Shown here: piece by piece, positions 9,956-19,539 of the stretch | How the letters are laid out: each line of letters begins with the position of its first letter | Numbering within the stretch: position 1 is the stretch's first letter | Assembly (NCBI GenBank): GCA_046483495.1 | Contig: JAWODC010000035.1 | Location: forward strand, 1-31,757 | Direction of reading: 5' to 3' | Length of the DNA stretch: 31,757 bases | Source of the DNA: Desulfobacterales bacterium | Lineage (GTDB): Bacteria > Desulfobacterota > Desulfobacteria > Desulfobacterales > UBA5616 | Made by a program: the position numbers and the translations under genes | The notes under the pieces: generated by a model | Told to the model about the DNA's origin: nothing | Database searches by the model: none | The model's input: the letters and a program-made list of their open reading frames with translations, nothing else

Positions 9956-10114
9956 AACTTTTCTCCTTTTTTTAATATTTTAGTGTTCTCATCATTCAGA
10001 ATGCGGTTTCGGCATTATTCCTGCCTTATGAAAGCTGTCCATCCGTAATCAACGAAAACTCGACCAGGTAAAGGATGTGCACCAATGAATCTGCTGCCGG
10101 ATGACAGGCCGTTT

Positions 10115-11299
10115 TTACGATTCAAATGATTCGCTCTGCCGGCCGATGATGTTGCGCTTCAGCAGGTGTTGAATTTCTTCCGAAGAAAACCCCCACGTTA
10201 ACAACCCCGATTCGGTATCGTCCCCAAAAAACGGGGGACCGGAAGGCGTTGCGGAGGGTGTTCGACTGAATCGGGGGGTCGGTCCCGGCTGAATGACACC
10301 ATCTACGTTGACAAAGCTTTGCCTGCTTTTCGTGTGGTAATGCTCCGGAGCCTCGGTAAATGACAGGACAGGAGCAAAACAGACATCCGATCCTTCCAGA
10401 ATGTCACACCATTCGGCCCGGGTCCTGGTCTTGAAAATCGCTTCGAATTTCTTGTGCATCATCGGCCATTGCGATTTATCCATTTGCGGCGGCAGCTCGT
10501 CCTGCCTCAATTGCAGCTTTTCCAGCAGCAAGGCATAAAATTTGGCCTCGATCGCCCCGATGGAAACAAACAATCCGTCCTTCGTTTCGTAGGTCCGGTA
10601 GAAGGGGGCACCGCCGTCCAGTATGTTGTCTTCCCGTTTGTCGGACCAGAGGCCGGCTGCTGTCAGTCCAAAATTTCCCGTAGCCAGATATGCCGCCCCT
10701 TCCATCATACAGCAGTCCACCACCTGCCCTTGCCGGGACTTTTGGGCTTCATAAACAGCCGCCATAATACCGAATGCCAGGAACATGGCGCCGCCCCCCA
10801 TATCAGCCGCCAAATTCAGGGGTGCCATCGGTTTATCTTCAGGCCCGATGGCGCTTAAAGCGCCGGACAAAGCCAGATAATTGATGTCATGTCCCGCTGC
10901 CGATGAAAGCGGACCGGACTGACCCCAACCGGTCATGCGCGCATAAACCAGCTTCTCATTGCGGGCAAAGCAGTCATTGGGCCCCAATCCCAGGCTTTCG
11001 GTTACGCCGGGACGAAACGGGTCGATCAGGACATCGGCCTGTTTGACCAATCGCAGAACGATTTCGCAGCCCTCCTCGACTTTAAGATCGATGGAAACCG
11101 AGGGGCGGTTCCGCCTTAAGATGTCGAATTTCGGCGGACGGGGCACTCCCAGTCCGGATGGTTTGTTCCGGTCGATGCGCAGTACATCGGCACCCATGTC
11201 CGCCAACAGCATGGCGCATAACGGTCCGGGGCCGATGCCCGGCAATTCAATGACTTTCAGCCCGACAAGAGGTCCGGCCGGTGTTTTTTCCCCTTCCAT
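10115..11299 (-). CDS. CaiB/BaiF family III CoA-transferase, alpha-methylacyl-CoA racemase-like
   Basis: GPLVGLKVIELPGIGPGP, FRPGV, GWGQSGP, GHDINY and ADMGGG (the AMACR His/Asp catalytic motifs). GAGGAG RBS precedes ATG 11299. Confidence 0.88.
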   Translation of the reverse strand: MEGEKTPAGPLVGLKVIELPGIGPGPLCAMLLADMGADVLRIDRNKPSGLGVPRPPKFDILRRNRPSVSIDLKVEEGCEIVLRLVKQADVLIDPFRPGVTESLGLGPNDCFARNEKLVYARMTGWGQSGPLSSAAGHDINYLALSGALSAIGPEDKPMAPLNLAADMGGGAMFLAFGIMAAVYEAQKSRQGQVVDCCMMEGAAYLATGNFGLTAAGLWSDKREDNILDGGAPFYRTYETKDGLFVSIGAIEAKFYALLLEKLQLRQDELPPQMDKSQWPMMHKKFEAIFKTRTRAEWCDILEGSDVCFAPVLSFTEAPEHYHTKSRQSFVNVDGVIQPGPTPRFSRTPSATPSGPPFFGDDTESGLLTWGFSSEEIQHLLKRNIIGRQSESFES

Positions 11300-11388
11300 A
11301 GAACTCCTCGTTGGATGCACCGGAGTTTTTCAAGTGCGGCACTTGCATCCTAACGTCGCCGCAATGCGTATTCGCCTCTTTTTTCCGC

Positions 11389-12231
11389 TCAGGTTTTCGG
11401 CTTCCATTCCTGGGTTGTAAGACCCTCTTTTTCGATCATCTCCTGCACATCCTTCTGGTAGTTTTCCCAAGTGAATGCCGTTTCCCACGTATGCGGCAGT
11501 TCGAAAATCTCTCCCGGGATTTTGGATGTCGTCAGGATCTTAAGGGTTGCTTTTAGAATGGAGCGCTGAAGATCCTTTTCAAAGGGTTTACCGCAATTCC
11601 GGCCCAATGGAAAATCGAGAAACACGCTTCTAGGCGCCTTGACCCGAGCCATCATGTCCCTGCAGGAGCCTAGGTAAACCGTGGGAAGACCGGCTTCTTC
11701 GATACCGCGGGCAATCAGTCCGACCGACTGATGATCCAAAGGTCAGGCGGCGATGAGAAGCACGGCATCGGCCCCCCGGTCTTTCAGAATGCCGGCAATT
11801 CGAGGCACGGTTTCCGTAACGAGGGCTGTGCGTTTGTAAAGCCTTCCCATGCCGAGGGTAATGGCCGGAGACGTCAGCCGGCCGATGAAGCCTTCCTGCT
11901 CGAATTCTTTCATTCGGTGAACAGGAAAAACGCAGTTGAAATCCTTGAGTGCGTCTCTGTGATCGAAATAATTATGATTCAGTCTCAGGCGCTCATAGGG
12001 CGTATCGACAGGGATCTGCCTGAAGCTCAAGTCATTCACCGCCCAGGGATCGAACGGCTTTTGATCCTCCCTGAAAATGCCTGCGGAACTGACCAGTGCA
12101 ATCGAACTTTGACTCAAGGGACGGTTAAAAGGTGCCCAGGGACTCGTGTCGTATTCCGACCATTTATAAGGCGGGAATCCCTGGGATTGGTACATGTGAT
12201 CGAGACATGCGACATAATTTATCCGGGACAT
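11389..12231 (-). CDS. GrdB/PrdB-family (glycine/proline reductase B-like) selenoprotein, 280 aa, with Sec encoded by TGA at 11745-11743
   Basis: The two ORF-track ORFs (11743-12231 and 11389-11739) are in frame across one TGA: ...AVLLIAA-U-PLDHQSVGLIARGIEEAGLPTV...APRSVFLDFPLG. The N-terminal half has IALVSSAG and D.NCVFP family motifs. A hairpin follows the TGA. Confidence 0.85.
11714..11732 (-). promoter_or_regulatory. Putative bacterial SECIS hairpin
   Basis: Minus strand ATCAGTC-GGTCG-GACTGAT is a perfect 7-bp stem. The loop begins with G at +18 after the TGA. Confidence 0.7.
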
Positions 12232-12353
12232 CTTTGAAATTCTCCTTTCAATAAGGCAAATCGAACGGCAGTTTTTTTATCCACCTTTGTTTAACACCGC
12301 TTCCAAAAAAGCGCCTTTTACCCTCGCGGCCGATTGCCCTTATCGGTGAACCC

Positions 12354-13739
12354 TTATTTGTTAAGAAAAAAAGGCTTGGGTCTCATGACGTTCAGCAGTT
12401 CGCTGTAGCTTAAGTTGTCGATGCGAAAAGGAGGCACTTCGAAGGTCATGCCTGAATAAAATTGAATCAGCTGCAAATAGCGATGCACCAGCTCTGTAAT
12501 CAGAAAATGCGAGCGAACGTGCTCCCTTCCGTTTTCACCCATTTTTCGACCTGCTTCGGGATTTTCGAAAAAGTAGTGCATTTTTCCGACAATGGCGTCG
12601 ACATCCATAGGATCGACCAAAAACCCGGTTTGACCAACGATCACCTGTTTGATTATTCCGCCGACGTTCGATCCGATTACCGGCGTACCTTGCCACATGG
12701 CTTCGGACACCACAAGGCCGAATCCTTCCCGGGTCGAAATATGGATGAAAAAATCAGCCACTTTAACCAATGAGCCGACGACTTGATCATTGTTTTCGAC
12801 ATTGACCCAGAATTTGATATCCGGATCTTCGCCGGCCTGGTTTCTGAGCTTTTCCAGCATTTCCTCGCCTTCCGGATCATCACTGGCTGTATTGCCCAAG
12901 AAGATCAGGTATGGGGCGGGATCGGGATGGTGGTCTTTTTTATATGCTTTAAAAGCCTCGATAATCGTTGCTTGATTTTTATGGATGTCATACCTGGAAA
13001 CAGCGGCGATTATCGGCCTTTCCGGGTCAATATTATCATCGTGAAACAAAGAAGACAAAACGGACAGGGCTTCTTGAGTCGATCGTTGCCGGTTTTTTTC
13101 AGCTATGGGGTTGATGCAGGGATAAATTTGGTAGAGAGGGACCAAAAGACCCGGTCCGATAAATTCAGGGATGGTAAAAACAGCCCCTGCACATTGATTG
13201 ATGTAAGGCAGTAAAAATCGCCATACGATCTCGTTCGGGGCTGAAGTGTCAATGTGGCATCGCCAAAGGATATTGCCGAAAATCAAACCATTCATGACCA
13301 TGGCAGCGGGTTGGGGATCGTGAATGATGATCAGATCAGAGGCTATAAAGGTATTTCTGGCATTTTCATCGATCGTATTCAAATAAGCATCGAATATTTC
13401 TTCCAAAGAAATGGGAAGATCGAGACCTTGAAGCATATTGTGAAATTTTTTGGTCACCTGAAAAAAATTGTGATTGCCCCGAATAACATGCCACTTGGCA
13501 TCGATTCCGAGACCCATGGCCAGAGGTACGGCGCTTTGCAGCATTTCGGCCACGCCTCCACCACTCAGGGTGGAATTGACATTTGTCCAGCCTTTGCCTT
13601 CGATTAAAGAAGCGGTCTTCTTCAATTGCTCGACTTTTTCCTTGCCGATATAGGATTCGAATTCTTCGGGTTGGAGGATACGGCTGGGTTGAAACGTTTC
13701 CAGAGAAATCACGTTGGTCGATTGAGAAATGTTTGGCAT
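12354..13739 (-). CDS. treT: GT4 glycosyltransferase, trehalose synthase TreT-like
   Basis: VNSTLSGGGVAEML, KKFHNMLQG, HDPQP, WRCHIDTS, SRYDIHK, DDPEG and EGFGLVVSEAMWQGTPVIG. The start codon is uncertain. Confidence 0.8.
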   Translation of the reverse strand: MPNISQSTNVISLETFQPSRILQPEEFESYIGKEKVEQLKKTASLIEGKGWTNVNSTLSGGGVAEMLQSAVPLAMGLGIDAKWHVIRGNHNFFQVTKKFHNMLQGLDLPISLEEIFDAYLNTIDENARNTFIASDLIIIHDPQPAAMVMNGLIFGNILWRCHIDTSAPNEIVWRFLLPYINQCAGAVFTIPEFIGPGLLVPLYQIYPCINPIAEKNRQRSTQEALSVLSSLFHDDNIDPERPIIAAVSRYDIHKNQATIIEAFKAYKKDHHPDPAPYLIFLGNTASDDPEGEEMLEKLRNQAGEDPDIKFWVNVENNDQVVGSLVKVADFFIHISTREGFGLVVSEAMWQGTPVIGSNVGGIIKQVIVGQTGFLVDPMDVDAIVGKMHYFFENPEAGRKMGENGREHVRSHFLITELVHRYLQLIQFYSGMTFEVPPFRIDNLSYSELLNVMRPKPFFLNK

Positions 13740-13850
13740 AAGTTTCCCTTTTCCAGCGCCTGTATTCGAATGTTTCTGAAAAATCGGTTTCCGCGCTGAT
13801 TGGATACACCGTTTCTTTTTTTCCCGGCTCATCGGTATCAATCGGCCGAC

Positions 13851-14948
13851 TCAGGGAAGATTCGGATTCTGACAGCACGTCATGCCGTTGCCGCTGTCGT
13901 TGCCGATGGAGAGAATGCATTCCAGGCAGTCGACGCAGTCGACGATCTGATCTTCGTTGCCGCTGAACGATTTTCGAATCAACCCGGGATCCGCCACAAG
14001 AGCACGCCCCATGGCCACGAGATCCGCCGCGCCTGAAGCAATGATTTCCTCCGCCCGAGCCAGGTTCTTGATATTTCCGACGCATATCACGGGTACATCG
14101 ACCCCCTTTTTTATTTCGGCGGCCATTTGGACGAATACCCCTTTGTTCATTGCCTCCAATCCCTTCTGGTTCATGCCTCCGGATACATGGATAAAATCCG
14201 CACCCTTTTGTGCCATCCAGCGGCTGAAAATTCCGGATTCATCGAGGCCGTAGCCGCCTTCGGCAAATTCGTCCGCGCCGATGCGCACCCCGACAATGTT
14301 GTCAGGACCCACCGCTCGACGTGTTTTTTCGATGATGTTCAAGGCAAACCGGGCTCTGTTTTCCAGAGATCCCCCGTACTCGTCCGTCCGCCGGTTGCTC
14401 AACGGGGAGAGAAACTGGTCGATCAGGTACCCGTGGGCGCAATGGATCTCGACCAAATCGGCTCCAGCTTCAAAGGCGCGTTCAGCACTTCCGGCAAAAG
14501 CTTCTTCCAGTATGTCAATGTCTTCTCGGGTGAGTGCAACGGCGGTGCCGCTGCCGTCCGGGTAGGGAACGGCGGAAGGGGCGACAAGCGGCCGTCCTCC
14601 GGTTCGTTCGGTATTGGTGGATACCCCGCAATGGTAAAGTTGAATGCCGGCGGCTGCCCCTTCGGCTTTGATTGCGTCAAAGAGATTTTTTAATCCGGAA
14701 ATGGCGTTGTCATTGTCTATCCGGGTGTTGCCCATCCAGCCCGTTCCATCGGGAGAGACGGCGGTGGCACCGACAATCACCAGCCCGGGACCTCCGGCGG
14801 CGATTTCCTTGTAGAATTTTACCTGGCGGTCGGTCACCATTCCATCGTTGCTCGAGTAACCGGTTACGAAGGGCGGAAAAACAATGCGATTTGAAAGGGC
14901 GAGTCCGCGTATGGCCGTATTTCGGTTGAGCAGGGCATATCGATTCAC
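13851..14948 (-). CDS. NADH:flavin oxidoreductase (Old Yellow Enzyme family) with a C-terminal Cys cluster
   Basis: NRIVFPP, IQLYHCG, EIHCAHGYLIDQFLSP..NRRTDEYGGSLENR, GRALVADP and CVDCLEC...CCQNP. GTG start at 14948 with an AGAGGG RBS. Confidence 0.88.
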   Translation of the reverse strand: MNRYALLNRNTAIRGLALSNRIVFPPFVTGYSSNDGMVTDRQVKFYKEIAAGGPGLVIVGATAVSPDGTGWMGNTRIDNDNAISGLKNLFDAIKAEGAAAGIQLYHCGVSTNTERTGGRPLVAPSAVPYPDGSGTAVALTREDIDILEEAFAGSAERAFEAGADLVEIHCAHGYLIDQFLSPLSNRRTDEYGGSLENRARFALNIIEKTRRAVGPDNIVGVRIGADEFAEGGYGLDESGIFSRWMAQKGADFIHVSGGMNQKGLEAMNKGVFVQMAAEIKKGVDVPVICVGNIKNLARAEEIIASGAADLVAMGRALVADPGLIRKSFSGNEDQIVDCVDCLECILSIGNDSGNGMTCCQNPNLP

Positions 14949-15027
14949 TGGTTCAATCCCTCTCTTTGGTTGATTGGGCGAATTAAACAATTGCGGGAAT
15001 AAAAATATTGACACCAAAAACCTGATT

Positions 15028-15056
15028 ATGATAAAAGGCGGCAAGCTTCATGTCAA
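15028..15056 (-). promoter_or_regulatory. Putative sigma70 promoter for the OYE gene and the leftward block
   Basis: Minus strand reads TTGACA-17 nt-TATCAT. Confidence 0.55.
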
Positions 15057-15080
15057 TATCAATATAGCAACAGGCAAATC

Positions 15081-15155
15081 ATGGCATATCAAACCGGCAG
15101 ACTCTATTTTTATTGGTACTATTTTTTTAGGACCGGTCTGCCTGTGGTTCGCTGA
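15081..15155 (+). CDS. Putative attenuator leader peptide rich in aromatic residues (MAYQTGRLYFYWYYFFRTGLPVVR)
   Basis: 24-codon ORF with 8 consecutive Tyr/Phe/Trp codons, directly upstream of tandem terminators and the aro operon. Confidence 0.8.
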   Translation: MAYQTGRLYFYWYYFFRTGLPVVR

Positions 15156-15173
15156 ATAAACCTAATAAAAAGC

Positions 15174-15249
15174 AAAAGCCGTGGGTAGATCGAAAGCCCG
15201 CGGCTTTTTTTGTTTTTTAAGGCCGCGGAATCCTCTTCCCGGCCTTTTT
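15174..15249 (+). terminator. Tandem attenuator terminators of the aro leader
   Basis: T1: AAAAGCCGTGGG/CCCGCGGCTTTT with a U-tract (15174-15211). T2: AAGGCCG(C)GGAA/TTCCCGGCCTT with a U-tract (15219-15249). Confidence 0.8.
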
Positions 15250-15272
15250 GCGATCACCAGGAGGAAATGACC

Positions 15273-16073
15273 ATGACGATTTTGGGCAAAAAGATTCGAA
15301 CGGAGCGCATCATCAACCGGAACACCCGTAAAACCATTATTGTTCCTATGGATCACGGCATGTCCGTGGGGCCGATTCCGGGCGTCATCGACATGAAGGA
15401 GGCCATCGACAAAGTATCTGAGGGCGGCGCCAATGCCATCGTGGAGCATAAGGGATTGGTTGAGGAGGGCCACCGGGGTGAAGGCAAAGACATCGGCCTG
15501 ATTATTCATCTATCCGCCTCCACCAACCTTTCCATTTACCCCCACGCAAAGACCCTGGTCTGCAGTGTGGAAGAGGCCATCAAACTGGGTGCAGACGCCG
15601 TGTCCATTCATGTCAACCTCGGAAACGGGCAGGAAAAAGAAATGCTCGGAGACTTCGGAAGGGTCGCTTACGAGGCGAGGACGTGGGGTATGCCCCTTCT
15701 GGCCATGGTGTATCCCAGAGGGGAGAAAATCAAAGATGAATATGATGTGCAAGTAGTAAAGCACGCGGCGCGCGTGGGCAGTGAAATGGGCGCGGATATC
15801 GTAAAAGTGTCGTACACCGGCAGCGCGGAAACGTTTCACGAGGTCGTTCAGGGGTGTTCGGTACCGGTGGTGATCGCCGGCGGGGAAAAAATGGAATCCG
15901 ATCGTGACATTCTGGAAATGGTAAAAGGCAGCATCGATGCCGGTGGGGCGGGGGTTTCCATCGGACGGAATGTCTTCCAGCATGAGGACCCTGCCAGAAT
16001 GGTTCGGGCTATCTCCGCCATCGTTAACGAAGGCAAGGATGTCGGTGAAGCCCTGCTGATATTGAACGATTAA
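15273..16073 (+). CDS. aroA': 2-amino-3,7-dideoxy-D-threo-hept-6-ulosonate (ADH) synthase, DhnA-type class I aldolase
   Basis: [45 protein letters not shown] and GRNVFQ. Adjacent to DHQ synthase II. AGGAGG RBS. Confidence 0.88.
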   Translation: MTILGKKIRTERIINRNTRKTIIVPMDHGMSVGPIPGVIDMKEAIDKVSEGGANAIVEHKGLVEEGHRGEGKDIGLIIHLSASTNLSIYPHAKTLVCSVEEAIKLGADAVSIHVNLGNGQEKEMLGDFGRVAYEARTWGMPLLAMVYPRGEKIKDEYDVQVVKHAARVGSEMGADIVKVSYTGSAETFHEVVQGCSVPVVIAGGEKMESDRDILEMVKGSIDAGGAGVSIGRNVFQHEDPARMVRAISAIVNEGKDVGEALLILND

Positions 16074-16084
16074 GGAGGGGCGCC

Positions 16085-17077
16085 ATGAGAAAGATCTGGG
16101 TGAGGGTGGATCCATGGGACAAGCAGATCGTAACCACGGCCTTAGAAGGCGGGGCCGACGGCATTATGGTTCCCAAGGGATTTTCCGAAAAAGTAAAACA
16201 ACTGGGACGAATTCAGACGATCGCCGAAGACGGGGACCTGGTTCTGGGAAAAGATGTGATTGCATTTCACATCACAAGCGGCGAGGATGAAGATGAGATC
16301 GCAAAACTGAGCCAAACCCGCACGGTTATCCTCGAAACAGCGGATTGGTCCATTATACCCCTTGAAAATCTCATTGCCAGGGGGGCCGATGTCGTGGCCC
16401 AGGTCGGCAGCCTGAGCGAAGCCCAAACCGCCTTCGGAATTTTGGAGAAGGGCGTCAATCATATTCTGTTCCATACCACCGATCCTTCCGAACTGAAGAC
16501 GGCGCTTGCAGCCCTTCGATCCTCTGCGGACAAGACGCCCCTCCAGGAAGCGGAAATTCTGGAAATAACGGCTGTGGGCATGGGGGATCGGGTATGCGTG
16601 GACACCTGCACATCCATGGCCCCGGGACAAGGCATGCTGGTGGGCAACAGCAGCAGCGGCTTGTTTCTGGTTCATGCCGAAAGCATCGCCAATCCGTATG
16701 TCACCCCACGGCCGTTCCGGGTCAATGCGGGGGCGGTCCACGCCTACACGCGGGTTCCCGAAGGAAAAACCCGGTATTTGTCCGAGCTTTGCGCGGGTGA
16801 TTCGGTATTGATCGTGGATCATGAAGGGAATACGTATCCGTCTATCGTGGGCCGGTTAAAAATAGAAAAGCGGCCCCTGATGCTCGTCCGGGCGGTGGTC
16901 GGCGACATGGAGGCCACCACCATTCTGCAGAATGCCGAAACCATTCGGCTGACCGATCCCGAAGGAAAGGCCGTGTCCGTGGTCAACCTTGCGGCCGGAG
17001 ACAAGGTGCTCGTCGCGGTGGAAAAAAGCGGCCGGCATTTCGGGATGAAAATCGATGAAACGATCACGGAAAAATGA
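16085..17077 (+). CDS. aroB': 3-dehydroquinate synthase II (archaeal-type)
   Basis: DWSIIPLENLIA, GDRVCVDTC, RPFRVNAGAVHAY, ILQNAETIRL and GRHFGMKIDETITEK. Confidence 0.93.
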   Translation: MRKIWVRVDPWDKQIVTTALEGGADGIMVPKGFSEKVKQLGRIQTIAEDGDLVLGKDVIAFHITSGEDEDEIAKLSQTRTVILETADWSIIPLENLIARGADVVAQVGSLSEAQTAFGILEKGVNHILFHTTDPSELKTALAALRSSADKTPLQEAEILEITAVGMGDRVCVDTCTSMAPGQGMLVGNSSSGLFLVHAESIANPYVTPRPFRVNAGAVHAYTRVPEGKTRYLSELCAGDSVLIVDHEGNTYPSIVGRLKIEKRPLMLVRAVVGDMEATTILQNAETIRLTDPEGKAVSVVNLAAGDKVLVAVEKSGRHFGMKIDETITEK

Positions 17078-17089
17078 GGCGCAACCGAT

Positions 17090-18346
17090 ATGATTGAAAT
17101 TCCCCCCATACGGATCGATACCGCCGCCGTGTCGGTGCCCGGATCGAAAAGTTACACCCATCGCATCCTCATCGCCGCCTCTCTTTCCGACGGCCTCTGC
17201 ACGGTGACCGGGGCCTTGAAAAGCGAGGATACGGATCTGACCCAAAACGGGCTGCGCCAAATGGGGGTCATGATCGAAGAAAAGAATGCTTCCGTAAACA
17301 TTCACGGGACCGGCGGACAATTGAAACCGGCCGGTAAGCCTATTTGCCTGGCAAACTCGGGCACTTCCATGAGGCTGTTAACCGGTGTGGCCGCCATCGG
17401 CAGGGGCGAGTATGAGCTGACCGGAACACGGCGGATGAAAGAGCGTCCCATCCAGGATCTGCTCGACGCGTTACGGCTGCTGGGGGTCGATGCCCATTCC
17501 AAAAACGATGACGGGTGCCCCCCCGTTATCGTCCGCGGCGGCGATGTCATGGGGGGAAGGACACGCGTTCGATGCCTTCTCAGCAGTCAATTTCTGTCGG
17601 CGTTGCTTCTCATCGCCCCATATACGGCATCGGGCATGACCATCGATGTAACAGAGGGGCCGGTTTCCAGGCCGTATATCGATATGACGGTGGACATCAT
17701 GGGGCAAATGGGGGTCGAAGTCCGGCGGTACGGTTATGACCGGTTCGATGTCGCCGGTGGTCGGATTTATGCATCCGGTGATTATGAGGTGGAACCGGAT
17801 TATTCACAGGCGGGGTATTTCTGGGGCGCCGCCGCCGTTTCCGGCACGGCCGTCAAAGTGATACGGACCACCCGGAATACGCGGCAGGGCGATGTCCGTT
17901 TCCTGGAAGTGCTTCAGAAGATGGGATGCAAGGTGATCGGGGAGCCGGACGGCATCACGGTCATCGGCAGGCCGCTCTCCGGGATCGAAGTGGATATGGC
18001 CGATATGCCCGACATGGTTCCCACATTAGCGGTGGTGGCGGCGTTTGCCTGCGGGGTGACCCGGATTAAAGGTGTGGCCCATTTGAGGGCGAAGGAGAGC
18101 GACCGTATTCACAGCGTGGTGACCGAACTTGAAAAGCTCGGCATCGATGCTCAGGCCCTGGATGATGGGATGCTCATTCAGGGCGGAACCCCCCGCGGCA
18201 CCCGTATCGACACTTACAACGATCACCGAATGGCCATGGCATTTTCACTTGCCGGTCTGATGGTGCCCGGAGTCTTCATAAACGATGAAACCTGCGTCCG
18301 CAAATCCTTTCCCGATTATTGGGAGGTTTTAAAAAAACTCTGCTGA
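17090..18346 (+). CDS. aroA: 3-phosphoshikimate 1-carboxyvinyltransferase (EPSP synthase)
   Basis: PGSKSYTHR, NSGTSMR, SSQFLS, KESDR, DHRMAM and KSFPDYW. Confidence 0.95.
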   Translation: MIEIPPIRIDTAAVSVPGSKSYTHRILIAASLSDGLCTVTGALKSEDTDLTQNGLRQMGVMIEEKNASVNIHGTGGQLKPAGKPICLANSGTSMRLLTGVAAIGRGEYELTGTRRMKERPIQDLLDALRLLGVDAHSKNDDGCPPVIVRGGDVMGGRTRVRCLLSSQFLSALLLIAPYTASGMTIDVTEGPVSRPYIDMTVDIMGQMGVEVRRYGYDRFDVAGGRIYASGDYEVEPDYSQAGYFWGAAAVSGTAVKVIRTTRNTRQGDVRFLEVLQKMGCKVIGEPDGITVIGRPLSGIEVDMADMPDMVPTLAVVAAFACGVTRIKGVAHLRAKESDRIHSVVTELEKLGIDAQALDDGMLIQGGTPRGTRIDTYNDHRMAMAFSLAGLMVPGVFINDETCVRKSFPDYWEVLKKLC

Positions 18347-18450
18347 GTCATGGGAAGACTCATCCGCACCCATGGTGAAGCGATGGAAATCGAGGGCCGT
18401 TTTTCGGCTCCAAGGACATACGCAAAAAAACTAAAACCAAGAGAAACATC

Positions 18451-19539
18451 ATGTCCAGTTCGTTCGGCAGCATATTCAAGGTGACCACTTTCGGAGAATC
18501 CCACAGCCGGGGTGTGGGGGCGGTGGTGGACCATTGCCCGCCGGGGCTCGTTGTAAGTGAGGCGGATATCCAGCGGCAGCTTGACCGGCGGAAACCGGGA
18601 CAGAGCCGGATGACGACACAGCGCGATGAAAAAGATAAGGTGACGGTGCTGTCCGGGATCGAAAACAACCGGACGCTGGGAACACCCATCGCCCTGATGA
18701 TCGCCAATACGGACCACAGGCCGTCGGATTACACCCACCTGCGCCGTGTTCCGAGACCGTCGCACGCGGATTATACGTATCAGGTGAAATACGGCATGCG
18801 ATCCGCCAGCGGCGGCGGCCGCGCAAGTGCGCGTGAAACAGCCGGCCGGGTGGCCGCGGGGGCGGTGGCAGACATTTTTTTAAAAGAAGTTTACGGCATC
18901 GATATCATTGCCTGGGTCAGTGCCGTCGGATCTCTTTCGGCACCACCGGTGGATATGGAGACCATAACGCGAACCGAGGTGGATCGATCGCTGGTGAGAT
19001 GTCCGGATGAAGAAGCCTCCCAAAAAATGGTGGAGGCCGTGGATGCGGTGAAGGCCGCCGGCGATTCCATCGGGGGAATCATCACCTGTATTTGCCGCGG
19101 GGTTCCCGCCGGTTGGGGAGAGCCGGTATTCGACAAGATGGAAGCAAAACTGGCCCATGGCATCATGTCCATCCCCGCCGTCAAAGGCTTCGAAGTCGGA
19201 TCGGGTTTTGCCGGATCCCGAATGACCGGTTCGGCTCACAACGATCGCTTTGTCAAAAAAGGAAACCGTCTCGGCACTGCCACAAATTTCAGCGGCGGAA
19301 TTCAGGGGGGGATTACGAACGGGGAAATGGTCACGTTCAATGTCGCGTTCAAGCCTACGGCCACCATCGGGCTGACTCAGATCAGCGCCGATTTTGACGG
19401 GAATTCCGTTGAAATTGAAGGCAAAGGGCGGCATGATCCGTGTGTACTTCCCCGGGCCGTGCCCATTGTGGAAAGCATGGCCGCGCTGGTCCTTGCGGAT
19501 ATGGCGTTGATTCAACAAACGAGGATGCAAAAAACATGA
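18451..19539 (+). CDS. aroC: Chorismate synthase
   Basis: [37 protein letters not shown] and GRHDPCV. Confidence 0.97.
   Translation: MSSSFGSIFKVTTFGESHSRGVGAVVDHCPPGLVVSEADIQRQLDRRKPGQSRMTTQRDEKDKVTVLSGIENNRTLGTPIALMIANTDHRPSDYTHLRRVPRPSHADYTYQVKYGMRSASGGGRASARETAGRVAAGAVADIFLKEVYGIDIIAWVSAVGSLSAPPVDMETITRTEVDRSLVRCPDEEASQKMVEAVDAVKAAGDSIGGIITCICRGVPAGWGEPVFDKMEAKLAHGIMSIPAVKGFEVGSGFAGSRMTGSAHNDRFVKKGNRLGTATNFSGGIQGGITNGEMVTFNVAFKPTATIGLTQISADFDGNSVEIEGKGRHDPCVLPRAVPIVESMAALVLADMALIQQTRMQKT

Noticed and set aside
18350..18484. 44-codon ORF ([10 protein letters not shown]...) in the aroA-aroC spacer
   Set aside because: No RBS, no recognisable motif, no amino acid bias, and it overlaps the aroC start.
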